DNA of 64,000 nucleotides, taken from Octopus vulgaris. Its lineage: Eukaryota. How positions within the stretch are numbered: the first letter of the stretch is position 1; each line of letters begins with the position of its first letter. The notes under the pieces are model-generated. The model did no database searches, had not been told where the DNA came from, and was given only the letters and a program-made list of their open reading frames with translations. The stretch spans positions 434,001 to 498,000 of the forward strand of contig CATOCA020000004.1 of NCBI GenBank assembly GCA_951406725.2, given 5' to 3'. Below are positions 1 through 12,400 of this stretch, piece after piece. A program made the translations under genes and the position numbers.

Positions 1-59
1 ATACATATACATCTCTATAAATGTATATGAATATATACATACATATATCAATTTATACT

Positions 60-103
<44 letters not shown>

Positions 104-220
104 TGTGTGTATGTCGATATTCAGTTTTATTTCAAGATTTCTTGCCAATAGAAAAAGAACCGGTTTCTAACCTAGATCCAAGGTTCCGCCACTGGAATTT
201 CAATAACATCTTTTATTTTT

Positions 221-700
221 GTGTCTCTCTGTCTGTATGTATATATGTATGTTTGTATGTACGGATGTATGTACGTATGTATGTACGGATGTATGTATAT
301 ATGTATGTATGTATGTTTGTATGTACGTATGTATGTACGGATGTATGTATTTATGTATGCATGTATGTATGTATGTGTGTATGTATGTATGTATGTGTGT
401 ATGTATGTATGTATGTTTGTATGTACGTATGTATGTATTTATGTATGTACGGATGTATGTACGGATGTATGTATGTATGTATGTATGTATGTATGTTTGT
501 ATGTACGTATGTATGTATTTATGTATGTACGGATGTATATACGGATGTATGTATGTATGTATGTATGTATGTACGTATGTATGTATGTATGTACGGATGT
601 ATGTACGGATGTATGTACGATGTATATACGGATGTATGTATGTATGTATGTATGTATGTATGTATGTATGTATGTATGTATATGTGCAGATTTGTATGTT
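221..700. repeat. (GTAT)n compound microsatellite
   Basis: Direct: atgt/gtat repeats with acgg variants. Confidence 0.95.
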
Positions 701-759
701 TCGTTTTATGTATGCCTTCTCATGCATATAGCTACATATCTAGACATGCTCATATATAT

Positions 760-960
760 TTAAATGTTAAACTTCCGGAAAATTTTACAGATTTTTACAG
801 TCCCGGTGATGGATTGGATCTGCATTCTTCAAATCAGTTTTCTCCCTTCTTGTTTTGAGAAGTCTAATTTCTCAAGATTGGTGCTTAGGCTCTGTATTAT
901 ATATCCAAGTGCACCAATAATTACAGGTATAAACCTGAACTTGTAATCTGGATTGTGTAA
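760..960 (-). mobile_element. 3' fragment of REL-endonuclease (R2 superfamily, R4/Dong-like) non-LTR retrotransposon
   Basis: Minus strand reads PDYKFRFIPVIIGALGYIIQSLSTNLEKL...QIQSITGTVKICKIF, the typical REL C-terminus (IPVIIGALG). Confidence 0.7.
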
Positions 961-1043
961 TGAAATGCAGAATCGTTTGCACGTCGAGCGAAATGCTTAA
1001 CTCCATGTTTAGCCTCCTCTTGTATCATTCTATCACACGACAC

Positions 1044-1255
1044 CCTTTTACTTGTTTCAGTCATTTGACTGCGGCCATGCTGGAGCACCGCCTTTTTAGT
1101 CGAGCAAATCGACCCCGGGACTTATTCTTTGTAAGCCCAGTACTTATTCTATCGGGCTCTTGTGCCGAACCGCTAAGTGACGGGGACGTAAACACACCAG
1201 CATCGGTTGTCAAGCAATGCTAGGAGGACAAACACAGACACACAAACACACACAC

Positions 1256-1298
<43 letters not shown>

Positions 1299-1462
1299 CG
1301 ACAGGCTTCTTTCAGTTTCCGTCTACCAAATCCACTCACAAGGCATTGGTCGGCCCGGGGCTATAGTATAAAACACTTGCCCAAGATGCCACGCAGTAGG
1401 ACTGAACCCGGAACCATGTGGTTTGTAAGCAAGCTACTTACCACACAACCACTCCTGCGCCT
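1044..1462 (-). mobile_element. SINE family 1 (tRNA-derived, internal TA/CA microsatellite), full length
   Basis: Head ggcgcaggagtggYtgtgtggtaag...gggttcagtcc (A/B boxes); tail ggtgctccagcatggccgcagtcaaatgactgaaacaagtaaaag; about 25 copies or fragments in window. Confidence 0.9.
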
Positions 1463-1689
1463 GAAATGGTTTGTTCTTTCATAATCCAAAATGGAAAACA
1501 TAACCACAAAATAACTTATAAACAGGACAAGGAGAGACTGTGAAGTAGGACTTCTCTTCCGGATTTCCCAGATCCAGAAATTCCGCATTATTTGAAAATT
1601 CCAGAAATTACATTTTATTCCTCGGTAATTTCCGACTGTGTTGTTTCAAAAATAATTGAAGCCAGAAAAAATGGTAAACGGTACTTCTC

Positions 1690-2345
1690 GCGGCGAGCTG
1701 GCAGAAACGTTAGCACGCCGGGCGAAATACTTAGCGGTATTTCGTCTGCCGTTACGTTCTGAGTTCGAATTCCGCCGAGATCGACTTTGCCTTTCATCCT
1801 TTCGGGGTCGATAAATTAAGCACCAGTTACGCACTGGGGTCGATGTAATCGACTTAATACCTATGTCTGTCCTTGTTTGTCCTCTCTGTGTTTAGCCCCT
1901 TGTGGGTAGTAAAGAAATAGTTATTTCGTCTGCCGTTACGTTCTGAGTTCGAATTCCGCCGAGGTCGACTTTGCCTTTCATCCTTTCGGAGTCGATAAAT
2001 TAAGTACCAGTAACACACTGGGGTCGATGTAATCGACTTAATACGTTTGTCTATCCTTGTTTGTCCCCTCTGTGTGTAGCCCCTTGTGTGTAGTAAAGAA
2101 ATAGGTACTTCTCGCTCTTTACGTTCTGAGTTCAAATTCCGCTGAAGTCGCCTTTGCCTTTCATCCTTTTAGAGTTGATTAAATAAGTACCAGTTACGCA
2201 CTGGGGTCGATATAATCGACTTCATCCATTTGTCTGTCCTTGTTTGTACCCTCTGTGTGTAGCCCCCTTGTGGGCAGTAAAGAAATTATAAATTAATACC
2301 AGTTAATTACTGGGGTCGATGTAAACAATTTACCTCCTCCTCTGA
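1690..2345 (+). mobile_element. SINE family 2 multimer (one head plus repeated ~180-bp bodies)
   Basis: Head gcggcgagctggcagaaacgttagc; B box gagttcRaattcc; core gtcgactttgcctttcatcctttcggggtcgataaa (resembles the MetaSINE/Sauria-type core, from memory). Confidence 0.85.
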
Positions 2346-2444
2346 AATTGTGCCAAAACCAGGAGGTAATATAAGCGTCGTCCTCAAGCGGTCAACCAGC
2401 CGAATCGTTACCACGCCGGCCAAAATGTTTTTAACGCCTTGTCT

Positions 2445-2969
2445 ACAATGACAATATCTGGTCGTTTTGCTTAAACCAAGTGAGTCTGTACTTTGAACAG
2501 GTCGTTCTTAGTCACCCCCTCTGCTAAGTGTTGGTACCATTTCCTTCTGACTTCAAAACCCTTTTGTCGTAATAAATCCCAATACAACAGTCTGGCTACA
2601 CAGTCTGGTGCAGGAGGGGCTGTGTGGTAAGTAGCTTGTTTACCAACCACATGGTTCCGGTTTCAGTCCCACCGCGTGGCACCTTGGGCAAGTGTCTTCT
2701 ACTATAGCCTCGGGCCGACCAAAGCCTAGTGAGTGGATTTGGTAGACGGAAACTGAAAGAAGCCCATCATATATATATTTATATATAGGCATAGGAGTGG
2801 CTGTGTGGTAAGTAGCTTGTTTACCAACCACATGGTTCCGGGTTCAGTCCACTGCGTGGCACCTTGGGCAAGTGTCTCCTGCTATAGCCTCGGACCGACC
2901 AAAGCCTTGTGAGTGGATTTGGTAGACGGAAACTGAAAGAAGCCCGTCGTATGTATGTATGTATGTATG

Positions 2970-3021
<52 letters not shown>

Positions 3022-3460
3022 TGTGTGTGTTTGTGTTTGTTCCCCTAGCATTGCTTGACAACCGATGCTGGTGTATTTATGTCCCCGTTACTTAGCGGTT
3101 CGGCAAAAGAGACCGATAGAATAAGTACTGGGCTTACAAAAGAATAAGTCCCGGGGTCGATTTGCTCGATTAAAGGCGGTGCTCCAGCAAATAGAATGAC
3201 TGAAACTAATAAAAGAGTAAAAGAGAGAGAGAGAGAGTTCTGTTTGCCCCTATATTCTTTCTGTGCCAAAGAATTACGAGTGCTTATAACATTCCCAACA
3301 GATTCTTCCCTTTTCCTTACACATTCTGCACTTCCAACTTTCCAAAGATTTGTCTATTCTTGTCTTAATTACGTTCTTTACTGATAATTGGCTTCGAGAA
3401 GTCCTAAACAAAGCCCTTCCAGTTCTTTCTTGAATTCTCCATTCTTCAGCATAAAGCAAG
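2445..3460 (-). mobile_element. Degenerate R4/Dong-like LINE fragment split by a SINE1 insertion
   Basis: 3236-3460 reads KCRMCKEK..LAQKEYRG (zinc-knuckle region); 2445-2606 continues DCVARLLYWDLLRQKGFEVRRKWYQH...AKRPDIVIV. Confidence 0.7.
2608..3230 (+). mobile_element. SINE family 1 with duplicated 5' half
   Basis: Two heads (~2610 and ~2788), one tail. Confidence 0.9.
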
Positions 3461-3551
3461 ATTTGTCTGCTATTACGCTGTTGTCTCTATGGTAACTTAT
3501 CTTATTAGCAAAAAACTTGGTTTATTCTTTAAAAAAATTCACAATTAAGGA

Positions 3552-3651
3552 NNNNNNNNNNNNNNNNNNNNNNNNNNNNNNNNNNNNNNNNNNNNNNNNN
3601 NNNNNNNNNNNNNNNNNNNNNNNNNNNNNNNNNNNNNNNNNNNNNNNNNNN
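3552..3651. other. Assembly gap (100 N)
   Basis: Run of n. Confidence 1.
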
Positions 3652-3870
3652 AGAGAGAAATAGATAGATAGGCTGGTAGATAGATAGATAGATACGGACA
3701 TATAGATAGATAGATGGATGGATGGATAGATAGTTGGATAGATAGATAGATAAATAGATAGATTCGGATAGATGGATAAGATAGATGAACAGATAGATGG
3801 ATAGATAGGTAGACAGATAGATAGATGAACAGATAGATGGATAGATAGATAATTATACAGATAGATAGAT
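3652..3870. repeat. (GATA/GATG)n microsatellite
   Basis: Direct. Confidence 0.95.
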
Positions 3871-4399
3871 TGAAAGTTGTTTACGCTAGCGAACAGAGCG
3901 AGTTATGAAAAGCGACGTTTGTTTGCCTTCGTCCGAAACTGGCTTTTCACAACGACAGCCACTGACTTCTACCATTACAGCTTCCTCTCAGATCCACTTC
4001 TTGGTGTGGCGGACATATTTCCGGGTTCAACTTCCTAATCTGATACTTACATTGTTTATATTCGCTTGCCTTTGTTGTTGTAGTTGCTGTTGTTGCTGTT
4101 ATGATTCTTGTTACTATCTCATCATTGTATCGTTTACGCTTTGCAAAATGTGGTGACGTCATTGAGAGAGAGAGGAGTGATAGAACACTTGACTGACTTA
4201 CATGTGGGCTCACACGTACCCCTCTGCCCGGTCCTCCCATTTCGCTGTGTTTGTTTTGTGTGTGTTATACAACGAAGGTGATGTAGGAATTCACGCCGGC
4301 CCCGCAGAAACCGTGATACGTGTTTAACTGCATTCCCATCCCGTTCTGCCAGATTCTCTACGATGTCAGCAATGGATGTATGCAACAACAGTCGACAAA

Positions 4400-4812
4400 G
4401 GCGCAGGAGTGGCCGTGTGGTAAGTAGCTTGCTAACCAACCACATGGTTCAGTCCCACTGCGTGGCATCTTGGGCAAGTGTCTTCTGCTATAGCCCCGGG
4501 CCGACCAATGCCTTGTTAGTGGATTTGGTAGACGGAAACTGAAAGAAGCCTGTCGTATATATGTATATATATATATATATATATGCATGTGTGTGTGTTT
4601 GTGTGTCTGTGTTTGTCCCCTAGCATTGCTTGGTAACCGACGCTGGTGTGTTTACGTCCCCGTTGCTTAGCGGTTCGGCAAAAGAGACCGATAGAATAAG
4701 TACTGGGCTTACAAAGAATAAGTCCTGGGGTCGATTTGCTCGACTAAAGGCGGTGCTCCAGCATGGCCACAGTCAAACGACTGAAACAAGTAAAAGAGTA
4801 AAAGAGTAAAGA
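4400..4812 (+). mobile_element. SINE family 1, full length
   Basis: Head to (gtaaaaga)n tail. Confidence 0.9.
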
Positions 4813-5039
4813 GTATACAAATATTCTTTTATCGTCACCATAACAACAACAGCAATAATATTAATAATAATAATATTAATAATAATTTTATTAATAATAA
4901 TAATATTAATAACTATTATTGATGATAATAATAATAATGTTAATAATAATAATAATAATAGTAATAATTTATTCTTTTTATTGGCCACAAGGGCTGACAC
5001 ACATGATTAGAAAACATAAAGGGACAAAACAGGACGAAA

Positions 5040-5389
5040 GGTTACCAAGGGTTTTGTCCGTTTGTGAAAAAATCGTGTAAAAACAGTGTAACAATCAAAT
5101 AATATAACAACGAAAAACTTCCAATAGGGGGAGGCGTTACAAAAGGTTCCTGGTGGAAAAACCCATAAAAGCCAAGGGGATCCTGGTCAAAAGGATGGGG
5201 GGGGGTAGAGAGCCCCTTTCTCCTTTTATAACACCTTTTTCAATTACAGGCGAAACCTGAGAATTGGTCCATTTATACTGGCCATTCTTGCACAATTCAC
5301 CCACCTTTCAGAAAACTTGCTATCGGACAGCACTCTCCTCTCTAACCTCATCTTCCTTTTCAAGTGAAACTTGAAAAATTTGATGAGGC
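5040..5389 (-). mobile_element. Probable 3' end of Tx1/L1-like LINE
   Basis: Minus strand LIKFFKFHLKRKMRLERRVLSDSKFSERW followed by a UTR-like tract; resembles Tx1-type ORF2 C-termini. Confidence 0.45.
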
Positions 5390-5564
5390 AGAGCGATTGT
5401 ATACTGTCAACTTGACGTGACAGTCCCATAGAGGGAATTATTCCACCGCTATTTAGCCCCTGTCAAGGCCGACAGGAAGCGTTGATGCTTCCTAGGGCTA
5501 AATAGCGGTGGTGTAATTCCCTCTATGGGACTGTCACGTTGAATTGACAGTATACAACCGCTCT
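5390..5564. repeat. Foldback element: 70-bp inverted arms with double-hairpin loop
   Basis: 5390-5459 vs 5495-5564, about 6 mismatches. Confidence 0.9.
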
Positions 5565-5599
5565 ATCGTTCCACCACTGCTTATATCTCTCTGAGATAT

Positions 5600-5942
5600 T
5601 TAGAAATTTAATATTTCTAATAATGATAATAATGTTATTAATAATAATATTAATAATATTATAAATAATAATATTATTATTAATAATAATGATAACGTTT
5701 TTATTATTAATAATAATAATAATAATATTGATAATAATAATATTGTCAATAAAAATATTATTAATAATAATATTAATAATATCATTAATAATTATATTAT
5801 CAATAATAATATTAACATTATTAATAATAATATTAATAATTATTTTATTAATAATAATATTATAATATTAATATTATTAATAATAATATTAATTTTTTTA
5901 ATAATAATAATATTAATAATATTATTATTATTATTATTATTA

Positions 5943-5980
<38 letters not shown>
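5600..5980. repeat. (AAT/ATT)n low-complexity tract
   Basis: Direct. Confidence 0.95.
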
Positions 5981-5983
<3 letters not shown>

Positions 5984-6477
5984 TAGTCTTATTTTTATCA
6001 CATGCTTTCACTTCACTACCGAGCGCAGCTTTGTGGACTTTGGGTATGTGCTGTGGTTTTTTGTGATGCTCTTATTTTCATTGTATTGAAAGTGTTTTTC
6101 GCTGCCGAGTGCTGCTATTTTTTGTATCTTATATATAATTGTTAGTCCAGGTGATTTTGTTATATATTTGTGTGAATGTTTTTTTTATCATACCTAATTC
6201 GCCTGCTATGATTTAAGCACTACATCCGAGTTACCTCTATTTCCAGATCTTAGTATTTTGAAAGCTTCTCCATTTCTTTTAGAAAAAAAACATCATCTGT
6301 TCGTATTGATACATCGATTAGAATGCATATTTTTTCTTGGTAATTTCTGATCACTATGTCCGGCCTACGAGCCTTACTTTCGCTCTGCGTATATTGACAT
6401 ATACCAGAGCATGGTTGCTTTCTCTATTTCTCTGACCTTTTCTGGTGTATACCTATACTATCTTTTTACTGTTGTTA
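5981..6477 (-). mobile_element. R4/Dong-like LINE 3' end (REL domain) abutting (TAA)n
   Basis: Minus strand RRPDIVIRNYQEKICILIDVSIRTDD (PD..D motif); continues past the hAT insertion at 7265-7285 (KLRQHYR|ITTVKR). Confidence 0.8.
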
Positions 6478-6485
6478 TTCTATAG

Positions 6486-7001
6486 CAGTGCTTTTCAAAC
6501 TTTTTGCTGGAGCGGAACCCCAAGGAAACATTCCACTGGCTCAAGGAACCCCTGTGCAATAATTTAATAGTCTTATGCACACATATCTGCACAGGAGACT
6601 TAAAAATTACTGCCGATTTTAGCAGTTTTGTAACTTCTTGCGGAACCCCTGGACTGTACTGACGGAACCCCAAGGAAACATTCCACTGGCTCGAGGAACC
6701 CCTGTGCAATAATTTAATAGTCTTATGCACACATATCTGCACAGGAGACTTAAAAATTACTGCCGATTTTAGCAGTTTTGTAACTTCTTGCGGAACCCCT
6801 GGACTGTACTGGCGGAACCCCAAGGAAACATTCCACTGGCTCGAGGAACCCCTGTGCAATAATTTAATAGTCTTATGCACACATATCTGCACAGGAGACT
6901 TAAAAATTACTGCCGATTTTAGCAGTTTTGTAACTTCTTGCGGAACCCCTGGACTGTACTGGCGGAACCCTAAGGTTCTGCGGAACCCTGGTTGAAAACC
7001 A

Positions 7002-7058
<57 letters not shown>

Positions 7059-7256
7059 CAGTGCTTTTCAAACTTTTTGCTGGAGCGGAACCCCAAGGAA
7101 ACATTCCGCTGGCTCGAGGAACCCCTGTGCAATAATTTAATAGTCTTATGCACACATAAAAATTACTGCCGATTTTAGCAGTTTTGTAACTTCTTGCGGA
7201 ACCCCTGGACTGTAGTGGCGGAACCCTAAGGTTGAAAACCTGGTTGAAAACCACTG
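6486..7256 (+). mobile_element. Composite hAT (Charlie-like) MITE pair
   Basis: Copy A 6486-7004 (three internal ~150-bp repeats) and copy B 7059-7256, each with CAGTGCTTTTCAAAC...GTTGAAAACCACTG ends; 8-bp TSD ttctatag at 6478-6485 and 7257-7264. Confidence 0.9.
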
Positions 7257-7294
7257 TTCTATAGTGTTGGCGTAGCTTGAAGCGTATTTGTTGC

Positions 7295-7430
7295 CTTGCT
7301 GCCCGACATAGCTGTCCGTTTTGTGCTCTGTACACGGGATGTGTAACAGCATTCTGAAGCATTTGCACTCAAATGCCTGGATACTTCACTTCACGTCAGC
7401 TATAAGAGTCTGGCCCTTGCACCATTGCTG
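7295..7430 (-). mobile_element. RTE-clade LINE fragment
   Basis: IQAFECKCFRMLLHIPCTEHKTDSYV, a characteristic RTE ORF2 C-terminal motif. Confidence 0.7.
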
Positions 7431-7484
7431 AAGGATTGACGTCACCAGGATCTTGTACTCAAAGACCCGTGCCCTGCGTACGAG

Positions 7485-7486
<2 letters not shown>

Positions 7487-7530
<44 letters not shown>

Positions 7531-7553
7531 ATATATGTATATATATATATGTG

Positions 7554-7610
<57 letters not shown>

Positions 7611-7967
7611 GTGTATATATGTATATATATATATGTGTATATATATATATATGTATATATATATATGTGTATATATATATATATATATATGTGTATATAT
7701 GTATATATATATATATATATGTGTATATATGTATATATATATATATGTATATATGTATATATATATATAGATGTGTATATATGTATATATATATATAGAT
7801 GTGTATATATGTATATATATGTATAGATGTGTATATATGTATGTATATATATATATAGATGTGTATATATGTATATATATGTATAGATGTGTATATATGT
7901 ATATATATATATATATATGTATAGATGTGTATATATGTATATATATATATATATGTATAGATGTGTA

Positions 7968-8004
<37 letters not shown>

Positions 8005-8327
8005 AGATGTGTATATATGTATATATATATATATATATATGTATAGATGTGTATATATGTATATATATATATATATATATATGTATAGATGTGTATATAT
8101 GTATATATATATATATATATGTATAGATGTGTATATATGTATATATATATATATATGTATAGATGTGTATATATGTATATATATATATATATATGTATAG
8201 ATGTGTATATATGTATATATATATATATATATATGTATAGATGTGTATATATGTATATATATATATATATATATGTATAGATGTGTATATATGTATATAT
8301 ATATATATATATATGTATAGATGTGTA

Positions 8328-8363
<36 letters not shown>

Positions 8364-8400
8364 GATGTGTATATATGTATATATATATATATATATGTAT
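7487..8400. repeat. (TA)n microsatellite with periodic gtatagatgtg interruptions
   Basis: Direct. Confidence 0.95.
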
Positions 8401-8401
8401 C

Positions 8402-8643
8402 ACCAACATCACCATCAAAATACAGGTCCAGATACTGCAACAGCTTGGGTTTCAGAGGACCACAGCTCTTTAACATCCTCCCTAAATGCCTGAGAGACTT
8501 ACATGGTGTGGATGTGGGTTTCTTTAAAACTAAACTGGATCTCTTCTTGTCGGGAGTCCCAGATGAACCTACCTCACGACAGGAGACGCGGATGCGGGCA
8601 GCAGCATCGAACTCCCTTGTTGATCAAGTGCCACGTATCAGAG
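8402..8643 (+). mobile_element. 3' fragment of the same CR1/L2-group LINE as 61690-64000
   Basis: [27 protein letters not shown]...VPRIR, near-identical to the C-terminus of ORF 61766-63904. Confidence 0.92.
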
Positions 8644-8802
8644 CCTTTTCATGCACTTGTGCACAAATGCCTGCATCCTTCGATCCATGCCAGCATTCGC
8701 AACAAAACTGACTCCTGTTCTATATTGAAGAGATGAGGAGTTACGTACATTATTTACATTATTTACATTTGACGGATATCTGTCCTCGTCTTGTTTGTTG
8801 TC

Positions 8803-8848
8803 AACACAACGTTTCGGCTGGTATACCCTCCAGCCTTCATCAGGTGTC
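8803..8848 (-). ncRNA. Minimal type I hammerhead ribozyme (Penelope-type)
   Basis: Minus strand gacac-CUGAUGA-a-ggcugg/agggUAUA/ccagcc-GAAA-cGUU-guguu: core, 6-bp stem II, palindromic ACGU stem III, stem I gacac/guguu. Confidence 0.75.
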
Positions 8849-8923
8849 TTGAGGGGAAATTTCGAACGCCATATGCCCACGGGTTACTAACCCCAAGATT
8901 CTGAGTTCGATTCCAGGCAGTGA

Positions 8924-8970
<47 letters not shown>

Positions 8971-9044
8971 GTAATAATATCGAAAAATACCTTAGGAATG
9001 AAAGCCTAGGTTCGAAATTTCCCCGTCGTATATATATATATATA

Positions 9045-9470
9045 TCACAATCATCATCGTCATCATCATCATCATCATCATCGTCCTCATTTTCATCATT
9101 GTCGTCATCATCACCAGCATCAACACTCATCATCATTTCATCATCATCAGCAGCAGCAGTATCCTGGTCGTCCTCATCATCACCACCACTACCACCACCA
9201 CCATCACCACTGCCACCACCACTACCATCATCGTCATCATTTTCATCATCATCAGCATCACCAACATCCATCATCATTTCATCATAATCAGCAGCATCGT
9301 CTTCCTCATCGTCACCAGCACCACCACCACCACTACTACTATCATCAGCATCATTATCCCCATCATCATCATCATCATCAATCACCACTCTCATCAACAT
9401 CGTGATCGTCATCATTGACATTATCACGATTGCTATTACACTTAACACCACCACCACCACCACCACCACC
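9045..9470. repeat. (CAT/CAC)n trinucleotide low-complexity tract
   Basis: Direct. Confidence 0.9.
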
Positions 9471-12400
9471 ACCACCACCACCACTTCACCTACCACTACC
9501 CAAACCATCACCACCACCACTCCACCATATCGACCACCATCAGCAGTTTCATCATTTCAAACACCAAAACCATCGCCACTAAAAGACCCACCACCACCAC
9601 TTCACCTACCACTACCCAAACCACTACCACCACCACTCCACCATATCGACCACCATCAGCAGTTTCATCACTTCAAACACCAAAACCATCGCCACTAAAA
9701 GACCCACCACCACCACTTCACCTACCACTACCCAAACCATCACCACCACCACTCCACCATATCGACCACCATCAGCAGTTTCATCATTTCAAACACCAAA
9801 ACCATCGCCAATAAAAGACCCACCACCACCACTTCACCTACCACTACCCAAACCACTACCACCACCACTCCACCATATCGACCACCATCAGCAGTTTCAT
9901 CACTTCAAACACCAAAACCATCGCCACTAAAAGACCCACCACCACCACCACCACTTCACCTACCACTACCCAAACCACTACCACCACCACTCCACCATAT
10001 CGACCACCATCAGCAGTTTCATCATTTCAAACACCAAAACCATCGCCACTAAAAGACCCACCACCACCACTTCACCTACCACTACCCAAACCACTACCAC
10101 CACCACTCCACCATATCGACCACCATCAGCAGTTTCATCACTTCAAACACCAAAACCATCGCCACTAAAAGACCCACCACCACCACCACCACTTCACCTA
10201 CCACTACCCAAACCACTACCACCACCACTCCACCATATCGACCACCATCAGCAGTTTCATCACTTCAAACACCAAAACCATCGCCACTAAAAGACCCACC
10301 ACCACCACTTCACCTACCACTACCCAAACCACTACCACCACCACTCCACCATATCCACCACCATCAGCAGTTTCATCATTTCAAACACCAAAACCGTCGC
10401 CACTAAAAGACCCACCACCACCACTTCACCTACCACTACCCAAACCACTACCACCACCACTCCACCATATCGACCACCATCAGCAGTTTCATCATTTCAA
10501 ACACCAAAACCATCGCCACTAAAAGACCCACCACCACCACTTCACCTACCACTACCCAAACCACTACCACCACCACTCCACCATATCGACCACCATCAGC
10601 AGTTTCATCATTTCAAACACCAAAACCATCGCCACTAAAAGACCCACCACCACCACTTCACCTACCACTACCCAAACCATCACCACCACCACTCCACCAT
10701 ATCGACCACCATCAGCAGTTTCATCATTTCAAACACCAAAACCATCGCCACTAAAAGACCCACCACCACCACTTCACCTACCACTACCCAAACCACTACC
10801 ACCACCACTCCACCATATCGACCACCATCAGCAGTTTCATCATTTCAAACACCAAAACCATCGCCACTAAAAGACCCACCACCACCACTTCACCTACCAC
10901 TACCCAAACCATCACCACCACCACTCCACCATATCGACCAGCATCAGCAGTTTCATCATTTCAAACACCAAAACCATCGCCACTAAAAGACCCACCACCA
11001 CCACTTCACCTACCACTACCCAAACCACTACCACCACCATCAAACACCAAAACCATCGCCACTAAAAGACCCACCACCACCACTTCACCTACCACTACCC
11101 AAACCACTACCACCACCACTCCACCATATCGACCACCATCAGCAGTTTCATCACTTCAAACACCAAAACCATCGCCACTAAAAGACCCACCACCACCACC
11201 ACCACTTCACCTACCACTACCCAAACCACTACCACCACCACTCCACCATATCGACCACCATCAGCAGTTTCATCATTTCAAACACCAAAACCATCGCCAC
11301 TAAAAGACCCACCACCACCACTTCACCTACCACTACCCAAACCACTACCACCACCACTCCACCATATCGACCACCATCAGCAGTTTCATCACTTCAAACA
11401 CCAAAACCATCGCCACTAAAAGACCCACCACCACCACCACCACTTCACCTACCACTACCCAAACCACTACCACCACCACTCCACCATATCGACCACCATC
11501 AGCAGTTTCATCATTTCAAACACCAAAACCATCGCCACTAAAAGACCCACCACCACCACTTCACCTACCACTACCCAAACCACTACCACCACCACTCCAC
11601 CATATCGACCACCATCAGCAGTTTCATCACTTCAAACACCAAAACCATCGCCACTAAAAGACCCACCACCACCACCACCACTTCACCTACCACTACCCAA
11701 ACCACTACCACCACCACTCCACCATATCGACCACCATCAGCAGTTTCATCACTTCAAACACCAAAACCATCGCCACTAAAAGACCCACCACCACCACTTC
11801 ACCTACCACTACCCAAACCACTACCACCACCACTCCACCATATCCACCACCATCAGCAGTTTCATCATTTCAAACACCAAAACCGTCGCCACTAAAAGAC
11901 CCACCACCACCACTTCACCTACCACTACCCAAACCACTACCACCACCACTCCACCATATCGACCACCATCAGCAGTTTCATCATTTCAAACACCAAAACC
12001 ATCGCCACTAAAAGACCCACCACCACCACTTCACCTACCACTACCCAAACCACTACCACCACCACTCCACCATATCGACCACCATCAGCAGTTTCATCAC
12101 TTCAAACACCAAAACCATCGCCACTAAAAGACCCACCACCACCACCACCACTTCACCTACCACTACCCAAACCACTACCACCACCACTCCACCATATCCA
12201 CCACCATCAGCAGTTTCATCATTTCAAACACCAAAACCATCGCCACTAAAAGACCCACCACCACCACTTCACCTACCACTACCCAAACCACTACCACCAC
12301 CACTCCACCATATCGACCACTATCAGCAGTTTCATCACTTCAAACACCAAAACCATCGCCACTAAAAGACCCACCACCACCACCACCACTTCACCTACCA

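Noticed and set aside
103-858. Long ORFs rich in YI/CV/HT/MYVC (also 7436-8476, 29695-32583, 35690-36553, 44556-46239, 53309-54606)
   Set aside because: Stop-free microsatellite translations, open in several frames
3900-4400. Possible host exon (also 19745-19795)
   Set aside because: No recognisable protein similarity and no convincing splice-site pair
8840-9520. Asp/Gly/Val-rich 226-aa ORF
   Set aside because: Trinucleotide low-complexity translation
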